Of a DNA stretch of 64,000 bases, positions 1 to 10,102 are shown in pieces (within the stretch, counting starts at the first letter, position 1; each line of letters begins with the position of its first letter). Both the position numbers and the translations under genes were made by a program. The DNA comes from Polyangia bacterium (GTDB lineage: Bacteria > Myxococcota_A > Polyangia > Nannocystales > Nannocystaceae): positions 275,599-339,598 of the forward strand of contig JAUIFF010000001.1 of the NCBI GenBank assembly GCA_030429545.1, in the 5' to 3' direction. The notes under the pieces were generated by a model. The model ran no database searches, had not been told where the DNA came from, and saw only the letters and a list, made by a program, of their open reading frames with translations.

Positions 1-772
1 GGCAAATCTCGTCGAACGGCCGACCCATGAGGTAGGCGGGCCGACACCCGAGGAGGTCTGAGGCGGCCCGGTTGAGCGAGCGGATTTTGCCCTCTTCGTC
101 GAGGACGATCAGGGCTTCGGCCATCGAGCCGATGACCCCGTCGACATAGTGCTGGGCGGCGGCAGCTTCCTGCAGCAGCGCTTCGGCCCGGCGGCCCTGT
201 CTACGTGCACGTACAATTGCTTGGCGCATCGATGAGGTCACGATGATCAAAAAGCACCCGGCGAGCGTGAACTGGACCACCAGAGAGGCAAACTGAACCG
301 GTGCCGGTGGGCGGGCAAACTCAGTTGGCAGCCACATTTGCGACTCGGCGATGTACAGGCCGATCAACAGGCATTCGATGCAGATCACTGTGAGAGATAG
401 GGTGCGGCCACGAAACAGCAGGGCCGCGATCATCACGAGCAGGAGGTAGGATGGCACACTCGTGGCCGTGATACCCCCGCCGACGATGCAGGTTGCCGTG
501 ACAACGGTTCCGCCGACGATGACCAGTGAGACCCCGGCAAAAAACACCCGACCCTGCCAGACCGCTCGCAAAAGGCTGACGAGGGCAGTCAACAGCACGA
601 TGTAGGCCAAAATGAAGATAAACTGGATGCCGAGCAGTGCCTGGATCACCATGCCCACACCGATGGCTGAGCTCGATGCGAGGAGGATCAGGTTGAGAAT
701 CCGAGCGATGCGGGTGGTCTCGGTGTCCTCGTAAACCGGACCGGACAACACGTGGCGGAGCCGGTTCAGCAT
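1..772 (-). CDS. Membrane sensor protein, N-terminal part (multi-TM domain followed by a PAS-like region); partial, runs off the window start
   Basis: The reverse-strand frame starting at ATG (complement of 770-772) reads MLNRLRHVLSGPVYEDTETTRIARILNLILLASSSAIGVGMVIQALLGIQFIFILAYIVLLTALVSLL... It has several hydrophobic helices, then ...RRAEALLQEAAAAQHYVDGVIGSMAEALIVLDEEGKIRSLNRAA (PAS-like). It has no stop inside the window, so it is absent from the ORF track. The track ORF 321..782 (-) is in another frame and is Pro/Arg-rich nonsense. Confidence 0.5.
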   Translation of the reverse strand, partial: MLNRLRHVLSGPVYEDTETTRIARILNLILLASSSAIGVGMVIQALLGIQFIFILAYIVLLTALVSLLRAVWQGRVFFAGVSLVIVGGTVVTATCIVGGGITATSVPSYLLLVMIAALLFRGRTLSLTVICIECLLIGLYIAESQMWLPTEFARPPAPVQFASLVVQFTLAGCFLIIVTSSMRQAIVRARRQGRRAEALLQEAAAAQHYVDGVIGSMAEALIVLDEEGKIRSLNRAASDLLGCRPAYLMGRPFDEIC

Positions 773-891
773 GCAGATGCACCGTACTACAGCAGTGTTT
801 GTGTAGCTACGCTGTTGGCCCAAAGTTGTCCTAGCGGCGGGCCAGTAACAAACAATCCAGACATCCGCCGCAAAACGTCCTATTTAGCAAC

Positions 892-2499
892 TTGGGGTCT
901 GTGTGTGGGTGTCACAGGCCCCACCACTCCGGTGTCGTGAGGAGTATTCCCGCACAGATCCAGGCGTTGTGCCGCAACTTCTTCTCGGTTGAACCCCGAG
1001 ATCCGGTAGGCAAGTGCGGGGCGCGTAGCGTACGCTTGTCTAGCGTGCGACGAGCAAAGAACACCCATTTTAAGCGGTGTCCGAAGTGTGGCGGCCGGTT
1101 TGGCGTGAGGGTCCGTCACTGCCCCATCGACAACACTGAACTGATCGATCCGGCCAGCGACCGCGACCGGCTTGTCGGGCTGGTGATCGACGACCGCTAC
1201 GAGCTCCTCCACGCAATCGGGCAGGGGGCGGTCGGCACCGTGTACAAGGCCCGCCACACTCGGATTCCGCGGGACCTGGCGGTCAAGGTCTTGGGGATGC
1301 ATCGCGAGGATGACAGCCGGGCGATTGCCCGGTTTCGCAGCGAGGTGCGGGCCGAGGCATTATTGTTGCATCCACATGTAGTTGAGGTCATCGACTTCGG
1401 GTATTTCGACGGGGTCGGCTACTACATCGTGATGGAGTACCTCGAAGGCGAGTCGCTCGCGTCGCGACTTTCGCGCGAACGTCCGCTCAAGATTCTCGAT
1501 ACCTTCAAGATCGTCGAGCAAGCGCTAGATGCCCTCACAGCGGCCCATGAGCGGGGTATCGTCCACCGCGATTTTAAGGCCGAGAACGTATTTTTGGTGC
1601 GCAATCCCCATCGTCCCGGCGATTTTGAAGTTCGCCTGCTCGATTTTGGTGTGGCCAAGATCGTGCACCGCGATCCGGGAATGTGGACACACTACACCGA
1701 AACTCGCCCCGGTTTGCTTGTAGGTACACCAAGTGCGATGGCGCCCGAGCAGATCCGTGGCATGGCGATCGACCACCGCGTTGACTTCTATGGTCTGGGG
1801 GTGTTGATGTACGAGTTGCTGACCGGGCATCAACCGTTTGAGGGAGATGATGTTCGGGAGTTGTTGCGTATGCACCTACATGCCGATCCCACACCACCTT
1901 CGGCGCGGCCGCAGGCCGGCTGGATCGTGCCCGAACTCGACCGCCTGGTCCTGCGACTGTTGGCCAAGGATGCCGCCGAGCGTCCATCGACAACGTCCGT
2001 CATTCGCCAGGAGTTGGAGCGTGTGCGCGCGCCTGCCTGCGACGCCTGGGCCTCGTTGCATATGGGCCGTTTGCGCCGACGTACCAAACGACCCGGGGTC
2101 GCGCCCCTTGAGATTGTCAGTAGTCAGCACGTGTTGATCGTCGACGACGAACTCACGATTCGCCGCCTATTTCAGCAGCTCATGGCCCGCAATGGGTTTG
2201 CCGCCTCGGCCGTGGAGTCGGGGGAGCAGGCCCTGGCATGGCTGCGCGACAACCCCAAACCGTTTGCCGTGGTGCTCGATGTCATGATGCCCGGAATCGA
2301 CGGGCTCGAAGTGCTTCGCAGGATTCGCTTGCTCGGGTTTGATGGTCCAGTAATTGTATGTACAGGTCTCAACCCCGCGGTGTTGCGCGAACAGCTGTGT
2401 TCGCTCGACAAGGTCTACGTGATCGATAAGCTAGACGGCTTTCAGCAGATCCCCAAGCTGATAGCCTCGGAGCTGCAAAGCTCGGCGACCGTCGCCTGA
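892..2499 (+). CDS. Hanks-type Ser/Thr protein kinase fused to a C-terminal response-regulator receiver (REC) domain; N-terminal CxxC zinc-ribbon
   Basis: Kinase motifs are GQGAVGTVYKA, AVK, HRDFKAENVFL, DFGVAK and APE. The C-terminus HVLIVDDELTIRRLF...VVLDVMMPGIDGLEVLRRIR is a REC fold. CPKCGG...HCP forms a zinc ribbon. The true start is probably internal (for example GTG near 1047); the first ~50 codons of the track ORF look non-coding. Confidence 0.85.
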   Translation: MGSVCGCHRPHHSGVVRSIPAQIQALCRNFFSVEPRDPVGKCGARSVRLSSVRRAKNTHFKRCPKCGGRFGVRVRHCPIDNTELIDPASDRDRLVGLVIDDRYELLHAIGQGAVGTVYKARHTRIPRDLAVKVLGMHREDDSRAIARFRSEVRAEALLLHPHVVEVIDFGYFDGVGYYIVMEYLEGESLASRLSRERPLKILDTFKIVEQALDALTAAHERGIVHRDFKAENVFLVRNPHRPGDFEVRLLDFGVAKIVHRDPGMWTHYTETRPGLLVGTPSAMAPEQIRGMAIDHRVDFYGLGVLMYELLTGHQPFEGDDVRELLRMHLHADPTPPSARPQAGWIVPELDRLVLRLLAKDAAERPSTTSVIRQELERVRAPACDAWASLHMGRLRRRTKRPGVAPLEIVSSQHVLIVDDELTIRRLFQQLMARNGFAASAVESGEQALAWLRDNPKPFAVVLDVMMPGIDGLEVLRRIRLLGFDGPVIVCTGLNPAVLREQLCSLDKVYVIDKLDGFQQIPKLIASELQSSATVA

Positions 2500-2500
2500 T

Positions 2501-4033
2501 TTAGGCGGCTGGTTGCTGGCCCCGAACCTTGGCGAGCAGCCGAGGCCAGTGGTTGCGGGCGGCCTGGGCAAGCACCCAGTAGCCGTATACCGCCAGGATA
2601 ATTGCAAATACATCGTATGGCGTGCGCAGCCGGACCGAGCCAAAGAACACCGCGGACACGACATACAGGCCAATCAGGTGGAGGGAGACGATCGTCAGGC
2701 CGCTGTAGCGTTTGGGCCGTCGCAGTGCCGCGGCTATCCCAACAAACGACGGGAGCAAAAACAGGATGTCAAAGATCCACAGGTAGGCCTTGGAGTAGGG
2801 GGCAAAGATTTTGCCGTCGCGGGCGGTGTCGGGCCATTGGTAGTTGAAAAACCACAGGCCGCTGAGGTTGAGCACGCTGTAGCGGATCTGCTCGAGCACA
2901 CCGGTTTTGCGATAACAAAGCGCCCGCAGGGACTTGTGGATGTCGGGGTCGCCGATGTAGCCCACGAATTTGATCGACCAGCCATCGCGCGGGATCCGGA
3001 CCGGTACCATTTCGCTGGTGCCGTCGGGGCGGTTGACTTCGACTTTGAAGCCGTGGGATTTGCGGCCAAATGCGGGGCGCAGCCCGAGTACGCTGTCGTG
3101 GGGAATCGACTTGAGCATGCGCGACAGCGGGATAATGCCGATCCGTCGGCCGTCGCCGATGGTGCGACTGCGGTCGAGATGGAGCTTCTTTTTAAAGGCT
3201 TGGGTGCGCGGGTTGTGGCAGCGGCCGGCCGTGAGGTTGGCATTGGCCGCCTCGGCGATGCCGCCCCAATAGCCGGTATGGGCGTGGAACCGCCACATAC
3301 TGAAGATCAACATGGCCACCAACGGCAGCGAGATGCCGACGATGTGCCGGACTTTTGCGCGGTTTTCCGGGCGCTTGCGGATGAGCAGCCAAAACAAAAA
3401 CAGCAGCGTAAAAAACAGGGCCGACTGTGGTCGGATCGCAAATGAGATGGCCCCGAGGACACCTGCGGTGATTGCCCCTCGGCCCTCTTGCATGGTCTTG
3501 ACAAGGTAGTAGGTCGACCACAGAGCGAAGCACAAAAATGGCGTTTCCGAGGTGAAGAAGCCGGTCGTGACGAGGTTTGGGTGCCACAGGAAGGCGAGGA
3601 TGCCCACCGCCGTGGCCATCCACCGAAGCGGCATCACCCGGCACGCAAGTAGGTACGAGGCGGGGACCGAGGCGGCGCCCATCAACCCCCACAAAATCCC
3701 ACCTGCGGTCAGGTTTTTGAGGCCAAACAGCTTGAGGCAAGCGGCGAGAATGTGGTGCGTGCCCCAGGCCTGCCAGGCGAGGTGCCGGGTGCCCGGAACA
3801 AATCCCTTGCGCACCAAATCGGTGGCCCGGGTGACGTAGCCACCCATGTCGCTGTAGACGTAGTTGCTTGGCGGGTGCACCCACAGGACCCAGGCGAGTC
3901 GGGTAGCGAACGCGAGGACCGTGAGGCCAATAAGAAACTTGAGGTTGGGCGAGTGTGGCGCGCCGCGGTTCGATGGCTCGCCCGATTTCGCACCGGCCGA
4001 CTCGACGGGTTGTTCGGGCGTGGCGGTCGACAT
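2501..4033 (-). CDS. Polytopic membrane glycosyltransferase, GT39/GT83 (PMT/ArnT-like) family
   Basis: 510 aa with more than 10 predicted TM helices. Helices cluster N-terminally with a large loop, as in ArnT/PMT-type lipid-linked sugar transferases. Hydrophobic periodicity is coding-like. Confidence 0.55.
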   Translation of the reverse strand: MSTATPEQPVESAGAKSGEPSNRGAPHSPNLKFLIGLTVLAFATRLAWVLWVHPPSNYVYSDMGGYVTRATDLVRKGFVPGTRHLAWQAWGTHHILAACLKLFGLKNLTAGGILWGLMGAASVPASYLLACRVMPLRWMATAVGILAFLWHPNLVTTGFFTSETPFLCFALWSTYYLVKTMQEGRGAITAGVLGAISFAIRPQSALFFTLLFLFWLLIRKRPENRAKVRHIVGISLPLVAMLIFSMWRFHAHTGYWGGIAEAANANLTAGRCHNPRTQAFKKKLHLDRSRTIGDGRRIGIIPLSRMLKSIPHDSVLGLRPAFGRKSHGFKVEVNRPDGTSEMVPVRIPRDGWSIKFVGYIGDPDIHKSLRALCYRKTGVLEQIRYSVLNLSGLWFFNYQWPDTARDGKIFAPYSKAYLWIFDILFLLPSFVGIAAALRRPKRYSGLTIVSLHLIGLYVVSAVFFGSVRLRTPYDVFAIILAVYGYWVLAQAARNHWPRLLAKVRGQQPAA

Positions 4034-4238
4034 TGCCGCGGATGGTAGAGGTTACGCGGCAGTGAGCCAACCGGAAAGTGACCGACACCGCGGTCGGCGT
4101 TGTCGCGTGCGCTATCTAGAAGACGACTGACCCGCATCTGTCAGCGGCTGTTTCTGTCCACGGCTGTCTACGGCTGTCAGCGTGTCCACATCTGGGCGAC
4201 CACTCGGGGTAGGTCGGTCACAAAAAAAACGGTAAGGT

Positions 4239-5372
4239 TTGCCCATGTCACGTCCGCTCGTGTCGCTGACCGCCGCTGCCCTGGTTTCGGGGCTGGCCGG
4301 CTGCTTTGCCGGCGACTTCGCCCTCGGTCGCCAGTGCGTCGACGATGCCGACTGCGGACCGAGCCTTGCTTGTATCAACAATTTATGTGGGGGCGAAACA
4401 GGGGCCACTTCGACGACGCTGCCGATGACCGAGTCGACCGGCTCGACGACCGACATGACGGGCTCGGAGTCCGAGACAGGTAGCGAGACCGACAGCGGTA
4501 GCGAGACCACGACCGATACCGGTGGGGAGCCGGCCTGCAAAAACGTCGACATGCTGCTGGTCCTCGACAACTCGCAAAGCATGGACCAATGGGACGGGCG
4601 CCTCATCAACCTCGCGTTCAACTTTGAGGAAGAGGTGACCGGCCTATTTTTGGGAAATGCCGAGAGTTTTCACTTCGGGGTCATCACGACCGATGCCTAC
4701 GAAGACAACACCGACGGATGTGACCAACTCGGGGCGATCGCCCGTTACGGTGGGGCCCAGGAAGGCCCCTGTGAGTTTGTCGAGGGATTTCCGTTTGCGA
4801 CCGAGCAAGACAGCCTGACGGAAGCCCTCGGGTGCATGGCGATCGTCGGTGATGGCGACGACAACGAACGCCCGATGCAGGCCATGCTCACCGCGCTCTC
4901 GCCCGAGTTTAATGGGCCGGGCGGTTGTAATGAGGGGTTTGTCCGGGAAGATGCGTTGTTGGTCGTGGTTGTGGTCACCGACGAAGATGACGACCACGCC
5001 GATGTCGACGCCCAGGGAAACAGCGGCTCGCTTGGCGATCCGGCCGATTGGTACGAACAACTCATCGCGATCAAAGGCGGCGACCCCGAGGCGGTCGTGG
5101 TGGGTGTGCTTACTGGCGAAGATCAGGAGGCGGGTAGCTGCCCTTGGGACCTCGGACCGTTTGATGATGAGTCGGAGGCGATGGGAGCCGAAGAAGCCAA
5201 GCGGATCGAGCAGTTCGTCAACATGCTGCCCTTCAACCACCGCGCCGTCGACAGCATTTGCCGCGACGAGTACATCTCGTTTTTCTCGGCCCTGTTCACC
5301 GTCAATGCCCAGATCGCCTGCGAAGAGTTTGTTCCGCCAGGCGAGGGCGAGACCGACACCGACACCGGCTGA
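4239..5372 (+). CDS. Secreted lipoprotein with Thr/Ser/Asp-rich linker and a VWA-like domain (MIDAS DxSxS)
   Basis: Signal peptide plus lipobox LAGC. Low-complexity linker TGATSTTLPMTESTGSTTDMTGSESETGSETDSGSETTTDTGGEP. Then VDMLLVLDNSQSM (DxSxS) and ALLVVVVVTDEDD (a VWA-like beta-strand ending TDx). It is paralogous to 8301..9791. Confidence 0.6.
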   Translation: MPMSRPLVSLTAAALVSGLAGCFAGDFALGRQCVDDADCGPSLACINNLCGGETGATSTTLPMTESTGSTTDMTGSESETGSETDSGSETTTDTGGEPACKNVDMLLVLDNSQSMDQWDGRLINLAFNFEEEVTGLFLGNAESFHFGVITTDAYEDNTDGCDQLGAIARYGGAQEGPCEFVEGFPFATEQDSLTEALGCMAIVGDGDDNERPMQAMLTALSPEFNGPGGCNEGFVREDALLVVVVVTDEDDDHADVDAQGNSGSLGDPADWYEQLIAIKGGDPEAVVVGVLTGEDQEAGSCPWDLGPFDDESEAMGAEEAKRIEQFVNMLPFNHRAVDSICRDEYISFFSALFTVNAQIACEEFVPPGEGETDTDTG

Positions 5373-5465
5373 CGGCTCGACAACGCGGTCTCAACAAGTG
5401 GCTTAACTAAAGATGCGTAGTCGCACACGCGAGTTGCGACCAGGTCTGTTAGCGTACCCGCTCCC

Positions 5466-8117
5466 ATGACCTACGACTTTTCGCGTATCGAAGCTGACTG
5501 GCAACGCCACTGGGATGAGCAGCAAACCTTCCGCGTGGAACTCGACACCTCGCGGCCCAAATATTTTGTGCTCGACATGTTTCCCTATCCCTCCGGGGAC
5601 GGGCTGCACGTGGGCCATCCCGAGGGTTACACCGCCACCGACATTATGGCCCGCTACAAGCGGATGAAGGGGTTTAACGTGCTCCACCCAATGGGGTGGG
5701 ACGCCTTTGGTCTACCCGCCGAGCGCTATGCCATGAAGACGGGGACCCACCCGGCGACCCGCACAGCTGAGTGTATCAGCAACTTTAAGCGTCAGCTCAA
5801 AACCCTCGGGTTTTCCTACGACTGGTCGCGCGAGGTCGATACCACGGACCCCAACTACTTTCGCTGGACGCAGTGGATCTTTTTGCAAATTTGGGGCAGC
5901 TACTACGATGCCGAGGCCGGCACCGCGCGGCCGATCGCCGAACTGCCGATTCCCCAAGAGGTTGCCGACCAGGGCGACGAGGCCGTCCGCACCTATCGCG
6001 ACAAACGCCGCCTCGCCTACCTGCGCGATGCCCCGGTCAACTGGTGCCCTGAGCTGCGGGTGGTCCTCGCCAACGAAGAGGTCAACGAACATGTCGACCA
6101 GGGCTACACCGTGGTGCGCAAACCGATGCGGCAGTGGATGTTGCGGATCACCGCCTACGCCCAGCGCCTGCTCGACGACTTAGAAGGCCTCGACTGGCCC
6201 AACAGCGTGCTCGACATGCAGCGCAACTGGATTGGCCGCAGCGAAGGCGCCGAGGTCGATTTTCAAGTTGTTGGGGTCGAGGGGGAGCAGGGTCGCCTGC
6301 GGGTATTTACAACCCGTCCCGACACCCTGTTTGGGGCCACCTACATGGTGTTGGCACCCGAGCACCCGCTGGTTGCTCAAATCACAACCGACGCCCAGCG
6401 CAAGGCTGTCGACGCCTACCTCGAACAAACCGCGCGCCGCAGCGAACGCGACCGTCAGGCCGCCGACAGCAAGACCGGTGTGTTTACCGGTGCCTATGCA
6501 ACAAATCCGGTCAACGGCCAAAACATCCCGGTGTGGATCAGCGACTACGTGTTGATGGGCTACGGGACCGGGGCGATCATGGCGGTGCCCGGGCACGACA
6601 CCCGGGACCATGCATTTGCAACGACCATGGGTCTACCGATCATCGAAGTCGTCCGCGGCAGCGAGACGGTCGACATTCAAGCAGAAGCCTTCGCAGGCGT
6701 GGGCGAGTCCGTCAACTCTGGCTTTCTAAATGGGTTACAGACACCCGCGGCCAAGGCCAAGATGATCGACTGGCTCGAGGGCCAGGGCAAGGGCAGGGGC
6801 CGCGTCACCTTTAAACTCCGCGACTGGTTGTTTTCGCGGCAGCGTTATTGGGGTGAGCCATTCCCGTTGGTGCACCGTCCGTCGGGCGAGGTTGTGCCGG
6901 TACCGCTCGATGAGTTGCCTGTACAACTACCGCCCATGGATGACTTTCAGCCGAGCGAGACCGGCGAGCCGCCGCTGTCCAAGGCCACGAAATGGCGCGA
7001 GCTCCCCGACGGTAGCCTGCGTGAGGTCAACACCATGCCGCAGTGGGCCGGCAGTTGTTGGTACTACCTGCGCTACATGGACCCGCACAACCGGGAAGCC
7101 GCGTTTAGCCGCGAGGCCGCCGACTACTGGTTGCCCGTCGATCTCTATGTCGGTGGGGCCGAACACGCGGTGCTCCACCTGCTCTACGCCCGGTTTTGGC
7201 ACAAGGTGATGTTCGACCTGGGCCACCTGGGCACACCCGAGCCGTTTCACAAGCTCGTCAACCAGGGCATGGTGCTGGGTGCGACCTACTACCCCAAGGA
7301 TCGGCGCAAGGGCGAGGACGGCCTGCCGGTGTTGTACAAGGTGCACGAGGTTGAGCCGGTCGAGCCGGGTAGCGACAAGATGCGTGTACAAACAACCGGC
7401 GAGCCCGTGGATGTCCAGTGGGACAAGATGTCCAAGAGCCGCGGCAACGTCGTCAACCCCGACGATGTCATCAAGCAGTACGGCGCCGACACCATGCGCC
7501 TGTACGAGATGTTCATGGGACCCTTGGAGCACAGCGCTCCGTGGCAGCCCGAGGGCGTCGCCGGTTGCTTCCGCTTTTTAAAGCGCGTCTACTACCTGGC
7601 GTTTGAGAGCGTCAAAGATGGTGAGGACCGTCCCCGCAAGCTGCCCGAAGGGCCAGGAACCGACGCGCAGCAACGTCTGTTGCACCGGACCATCGCCGAG
7701 GTCAGCGAACGGGTTGAACGCATGGGCTTCAACACGGCAATCAGCTCGCTGATGGTCCTGGTCCGCGATATCGGCAAGATCACCACCGGTGGCATGGAGA
7801 TTTTGTGCAAGCTCTTGGTGCCGTTTGCGCCACACCTGGCCGAAGAGATCTGGGCCAAGGTCCTGGGTCGTAGCGAGGCGCTGGCCTACGCCAGCTGGCC
7901 CGTGGCCAACCCCAAACTGTTGATCGAAGACACCTGGAAGATGGTTGTCCAGGTCAACGGCAAGCGGCGCGCCGAACTCGAGGTGCCAACCGCGGCGACC
8001 AAGGATGAGCTGATCGCCAAAGCACTTGCAGATCCAACGGTTGTGAAGTTCGTCGGGGGCAAGGAACCACGGCGAGTCATCTACGTAAAGAACCGGCTCG
8101 TGAACGTGGTTGTATAA
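5466..8117 (+). CDS. leuS: Leucine--tRNA ligase
   Basis: Class I aaRS HVGH (HIGH-type) motif near the N-terminus and KMSKS motif (KMSKSRGNVVNP). 883 aa. The CP1 editing region is present. Confidence 0.97.
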   Translation: MTYDFSRIEADWQRHWDEQQTFRVELDTSRPKYFVLDMFPYPSGDGLHVGHPEGYTATDIMARYKRMKGFNVLHPMGWDAFGLPAERYAMKTGTHPATRTAECISNFKRQLKTLGFSYDWSREVDTTDPNYFRWTQWIFLQIWGSYYDAEAGTARPIAELPIPQEVADQGDEAVRTYRDKRRLAYLRDAPVNWCPELRVVLANEEVNEHVDQGYTVVRKPMRQWMLRITAYAQRLLDDLEGLDWPNSVLDMQRNWIGRSEGAEVDFQVVGVEGEQGRLRVFTTRPDTLFGATYMVLAPEHPLVAQITTDAQRKAVDAYLEQTARRSERDRQAADSKTGVFTGAYATNPVNGQNIPVWISDYVLMGYGTGAIMAVPGHDTRDHAFATTMGLPIIEVVRGSETVDIQAEAFAGVGESVNSGFLNGLQTPAAKAKMIDWLEGQGKGRGRVTFKLRDWLFSRQRYWGEPFPLVHRPSGEVVPVPLDELPVQLPPMDDFQPSETGEPPLSKATKWRELPDGSLREVNTMPQWAGSCWYYLRYMDPHNREAAFSREAADYWLPVDLYVGGAEHAVLHLLYARFWHKVMFDLGHLGTPEPFHKLVNQGMVLGATYYPKDRRKGEDGLPVLYKVHEVEPVEPGSDKMRVQTTGEPVDVQWDKMSKSRGNVVNPDDVIKQYGADTMRLYEMFMGPLEHSAPWQPEGVAGCFRFLKRVYYLAFESVKDGEDRPRKLPEGPGTDAQQRLLHRTIAEVSERVERMGFNTAISSLMVLVRDIGKITTGGMEILCKLLVPFAPHLAEEIWAKVLGRSEALAYASWPVANPKLLIEDTWKMVVQVNGKRRAELEVPTAATKDELIAKALADPTVVKFVGGKEPRRVIYVKNRLVNVVV

Positions 8118-8300
8118 CCATGTTTGCCCATTTGCAGATGCACCTGTGAGGATGCTCTCCGTGTAGAAGCATCGATTCCCGACAAAAACTCGTTGTTTGT
8201 GCACGGAATCGCTTCAAAAACGCTCACAGGTGCGTCATGATGCGAGCATTCGGTTGGCGCACGTGCATGTACGTGTGCATGCGTAGGAGACGGCTTACCC

Positions 8301-9791
8301 ATGACGAAATTGCTTGTTCCCCGAGCGATCCTGGCAACCCTTGTAACCGCTGGCCTGGCCTCGACAGGTTGCGGGAAAGAAGACGGTCAAGACACCGAGT
8401 CGATGACCACCGCAGGTCCCGGCATCGGCACCGGTGTGAGCGTGACCGCGAGTACGGGAATCGACCCAACTGAAGATCCGAGTTCGACCACCGAGGAAAA
8501 ACTCGACCTTCCGTCCAATGAGACCAACGACGGTATCTGCCAGGGTGGCGACGGTGTGTCCTGCAACCTCGTCGACCTCCTGTTTGTCATCGACAACTCC
8601 GGGACCATGGGCGAAGAGCAGATCAACCTTGCGAGCAACTTTGCTCTGTTGATCGATCGCCTCGAAAACCTCAAAGACGCCAACGGCGTGGCTGTGAACC
8701 CAGATGTCAACATCATGGTCACCACCACCGACTTCGGACACCCGCTGTGTACCGAGCACGAAAAACCCGACTACGACCCGGCCAAGGGGGCTCCGATCAG
8801 TACTCCGTGTACGCAGCGGCTGAGCCGGTTTACTGGCCTGACCAACCCGCCCAAAGTCGTCACCGAGGCCTGCACGGACTTCTGTACTGTCGAGACGGCG
8901 CCGACCGATCCGTACATCCACTTTGGCTCTGGCGGCAACAACATCCCCGGTGGCGACGCTGCCATGGCGCTCAACTGCATCGGCCCACAGGGCATCGACG
9001 GCTGCGGCATGGAGTCGCCCTTGGAGTCGATGCTACAGGCGCTCGACCCCAACAAGCCGTGGAACAACGGGACCGATGGCAAGTTCCTGCGTGACGGCGC
9101 CCTGCTAGCTATCGTCTTGGTGACCGACGAGGCCGATTGTTCGGTCAACAACTACAACTACTTCGACCCGGCCAACTCCGCCGACCCCGAGTACAGCAAG
9201 TTTTGGAATGTCGACCCCGACGACCAGTCGACGCACCCGACCAGTGCCGTGTGCTGGAATGCCGGCACGCTGTGCGACGACGCCAACTTAGATGGTGTCT
9301 ACGAATCCTGTGTTTCGGCCGACAACGGTGTGCTCCACCCGACGACGCGTTACATCAACTACCTGACCAAGGAACTCGTCGACAACCAGGGCAAAAACGT
9401 CATCATGCTCGGGATCCTCGGTGTGCCCGAGGTTACGGCCCACAACCCCGATCCTCCGTTCGAGCCGATTGCCGGTGGTGTGCACGCGCTGCAATACCGC
9501 GACTGGACCCAAGCCGACATCCTGCCCGGTGACCCCGACGGCACCCCGGGCAAAAAAGAGTACCTGTTTGGGATTGGGCCAGGCTGCACCCAGGCCAACA
9601 CCGGGCAGGCGATTCCGCCAGTGCGCGTGAAAGAGGTGTGCGAGAGCCTCAACATTCCCGACGACCCGGAGACCAACTGGGACGAGAGCGAGCCGCGCTG
9701 CTGCATCGAGTCGATCTGTAGCCAGGACTTCAGCCCGGCCATCGAGTGCCTTTCGGGCATCCTCCAGCAGGCGATTCCGCCGGTCGGCTAA
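8301..9791 (+). CDS. Secreted lipoprotein with VWA-like domain, paralog of 4239..5372
   Basis: Lipobox LASTGC. Ser/Thr-rich linker. [24 protein letters not shown] aligns with VDMLLVLDNSQSMDQWDGRLINLAFNF of the upstream paralog. [13 protein letters not shown] aligns with ALLVVVVVTDEDD. Confidence 0.6.
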   Translation: MTKLLVPRAILATLVTAGLASTGCGKEDGQDTESMTTAGPGIGTGVSVTASTGIDPTEDPSSTTEEKLDLPSNETNDGICQGGDGVSCNLVDLLFVIDNSGTMGEEQINLASNFALLIDRLENLKDANGVAVNPDVNIMVTTTDFGHPLCTEHEKPDYDPAKGAPISTPCTQRLSRFTGLTNPPKVVTEACTDFCTVETAPTDPYIHFGSGGNNIPGGDAAMALNCIGPQGIDGCGMESPLESMLQALDPNKPWNNGTDGKFLRDGALLAIVLVTDEADCSVNNYNYFDPANSADPEYSKFWNVDPDDQSTHPTSAVCWNAGTLCDDANLDGVYESCVSADNGVLHPTTRYINYLTKELVDNQGKNVIMLGILGVPEVTAHNPDPPFEPIAGGVHALQYRDWTQADILPGDPDGTPGKKEYLFGIGPGCTQANTGQAIPPVRVKEVCESLNIPDDPETNWDESEPRCCIESICSQDFSPAIECLSGILQQAIPPVG

Positions 9792-9810
9792 ATCGCTTGT
9801 GCATACAAAA

Positions 9811-9838
9811 AACCCCGGCCTGGTGTCGGGGTTTTTTG
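9811..9838 (+). terminator. Rho-independent terminator after the VWA-like lipoprotein gene
   Basis: aaCCCCGgcctggtgtCGGGGtttttt: a GC stem followed by a T-run, directly after the stop at 9791. Confidence 0.7.
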
Positions 9839-10102
9839 TTGTTGTGTGCCCAGCATGGGACTCAGGCTCCCCTGCCACACCTCCCGGCATGCCACCGGGC
9901 GGTTCGAAGGCTTGAGGGCTTGGTAGTCCGAGTTCTTTGAGCCAAGAGACTCGGTCCCCTATGCCGGTAACCATCGGTCCCTGAACACGGTGTTCGAGCG
10001 ATCCTATGTGTAAAGTCGTTCGTCTAGGTAGCGCGCAGGAGAAACCAACACAAAGGGCCTCGACTCAAAAAGTCGAAGCCCGAGCAGCCGCACCTTGGCC
10101 AA

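Noticed and set aside
321-782. ORF-track ORF (153 aa, minus strand) at the window start
   Set aside because: Its translation is Pro/Arg/His-rich with no hydrophobic periodicity. Another minus-strand frame starting at 772 gives a convincing multi-TM plus PAS protein that runs off the window, so the track ORF is the wrong frame.
2513-3445. Many long antisense or overlapping ORFs throughout (for example 2513-3445 +, 3192-4088 -, 4644-5240 -, 6927-7532 -, 12116-12889 -, 19259-19810 -, 32521-33213 -, 50081-50749 -)
   Set aside because: These are typical high-G+C shadow ORFs. They overlap well-supported genes (GT39, VWA lipoprotein, leuS, purL, MVP-like, hpnC). Their translations are Arg/Pro/Ala-rich and lack motifs.
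9845-10100. Candidate non-coding RNA (6S-like?) in the 260-bp gap after the terminator at 9838
   Set aside because: Only short local hairpins were seen. One of them (10053-10081) is better explained as the terminator of the minus-strand gene 10103-10645. There is no recognisable conserved ncRNA sequence.
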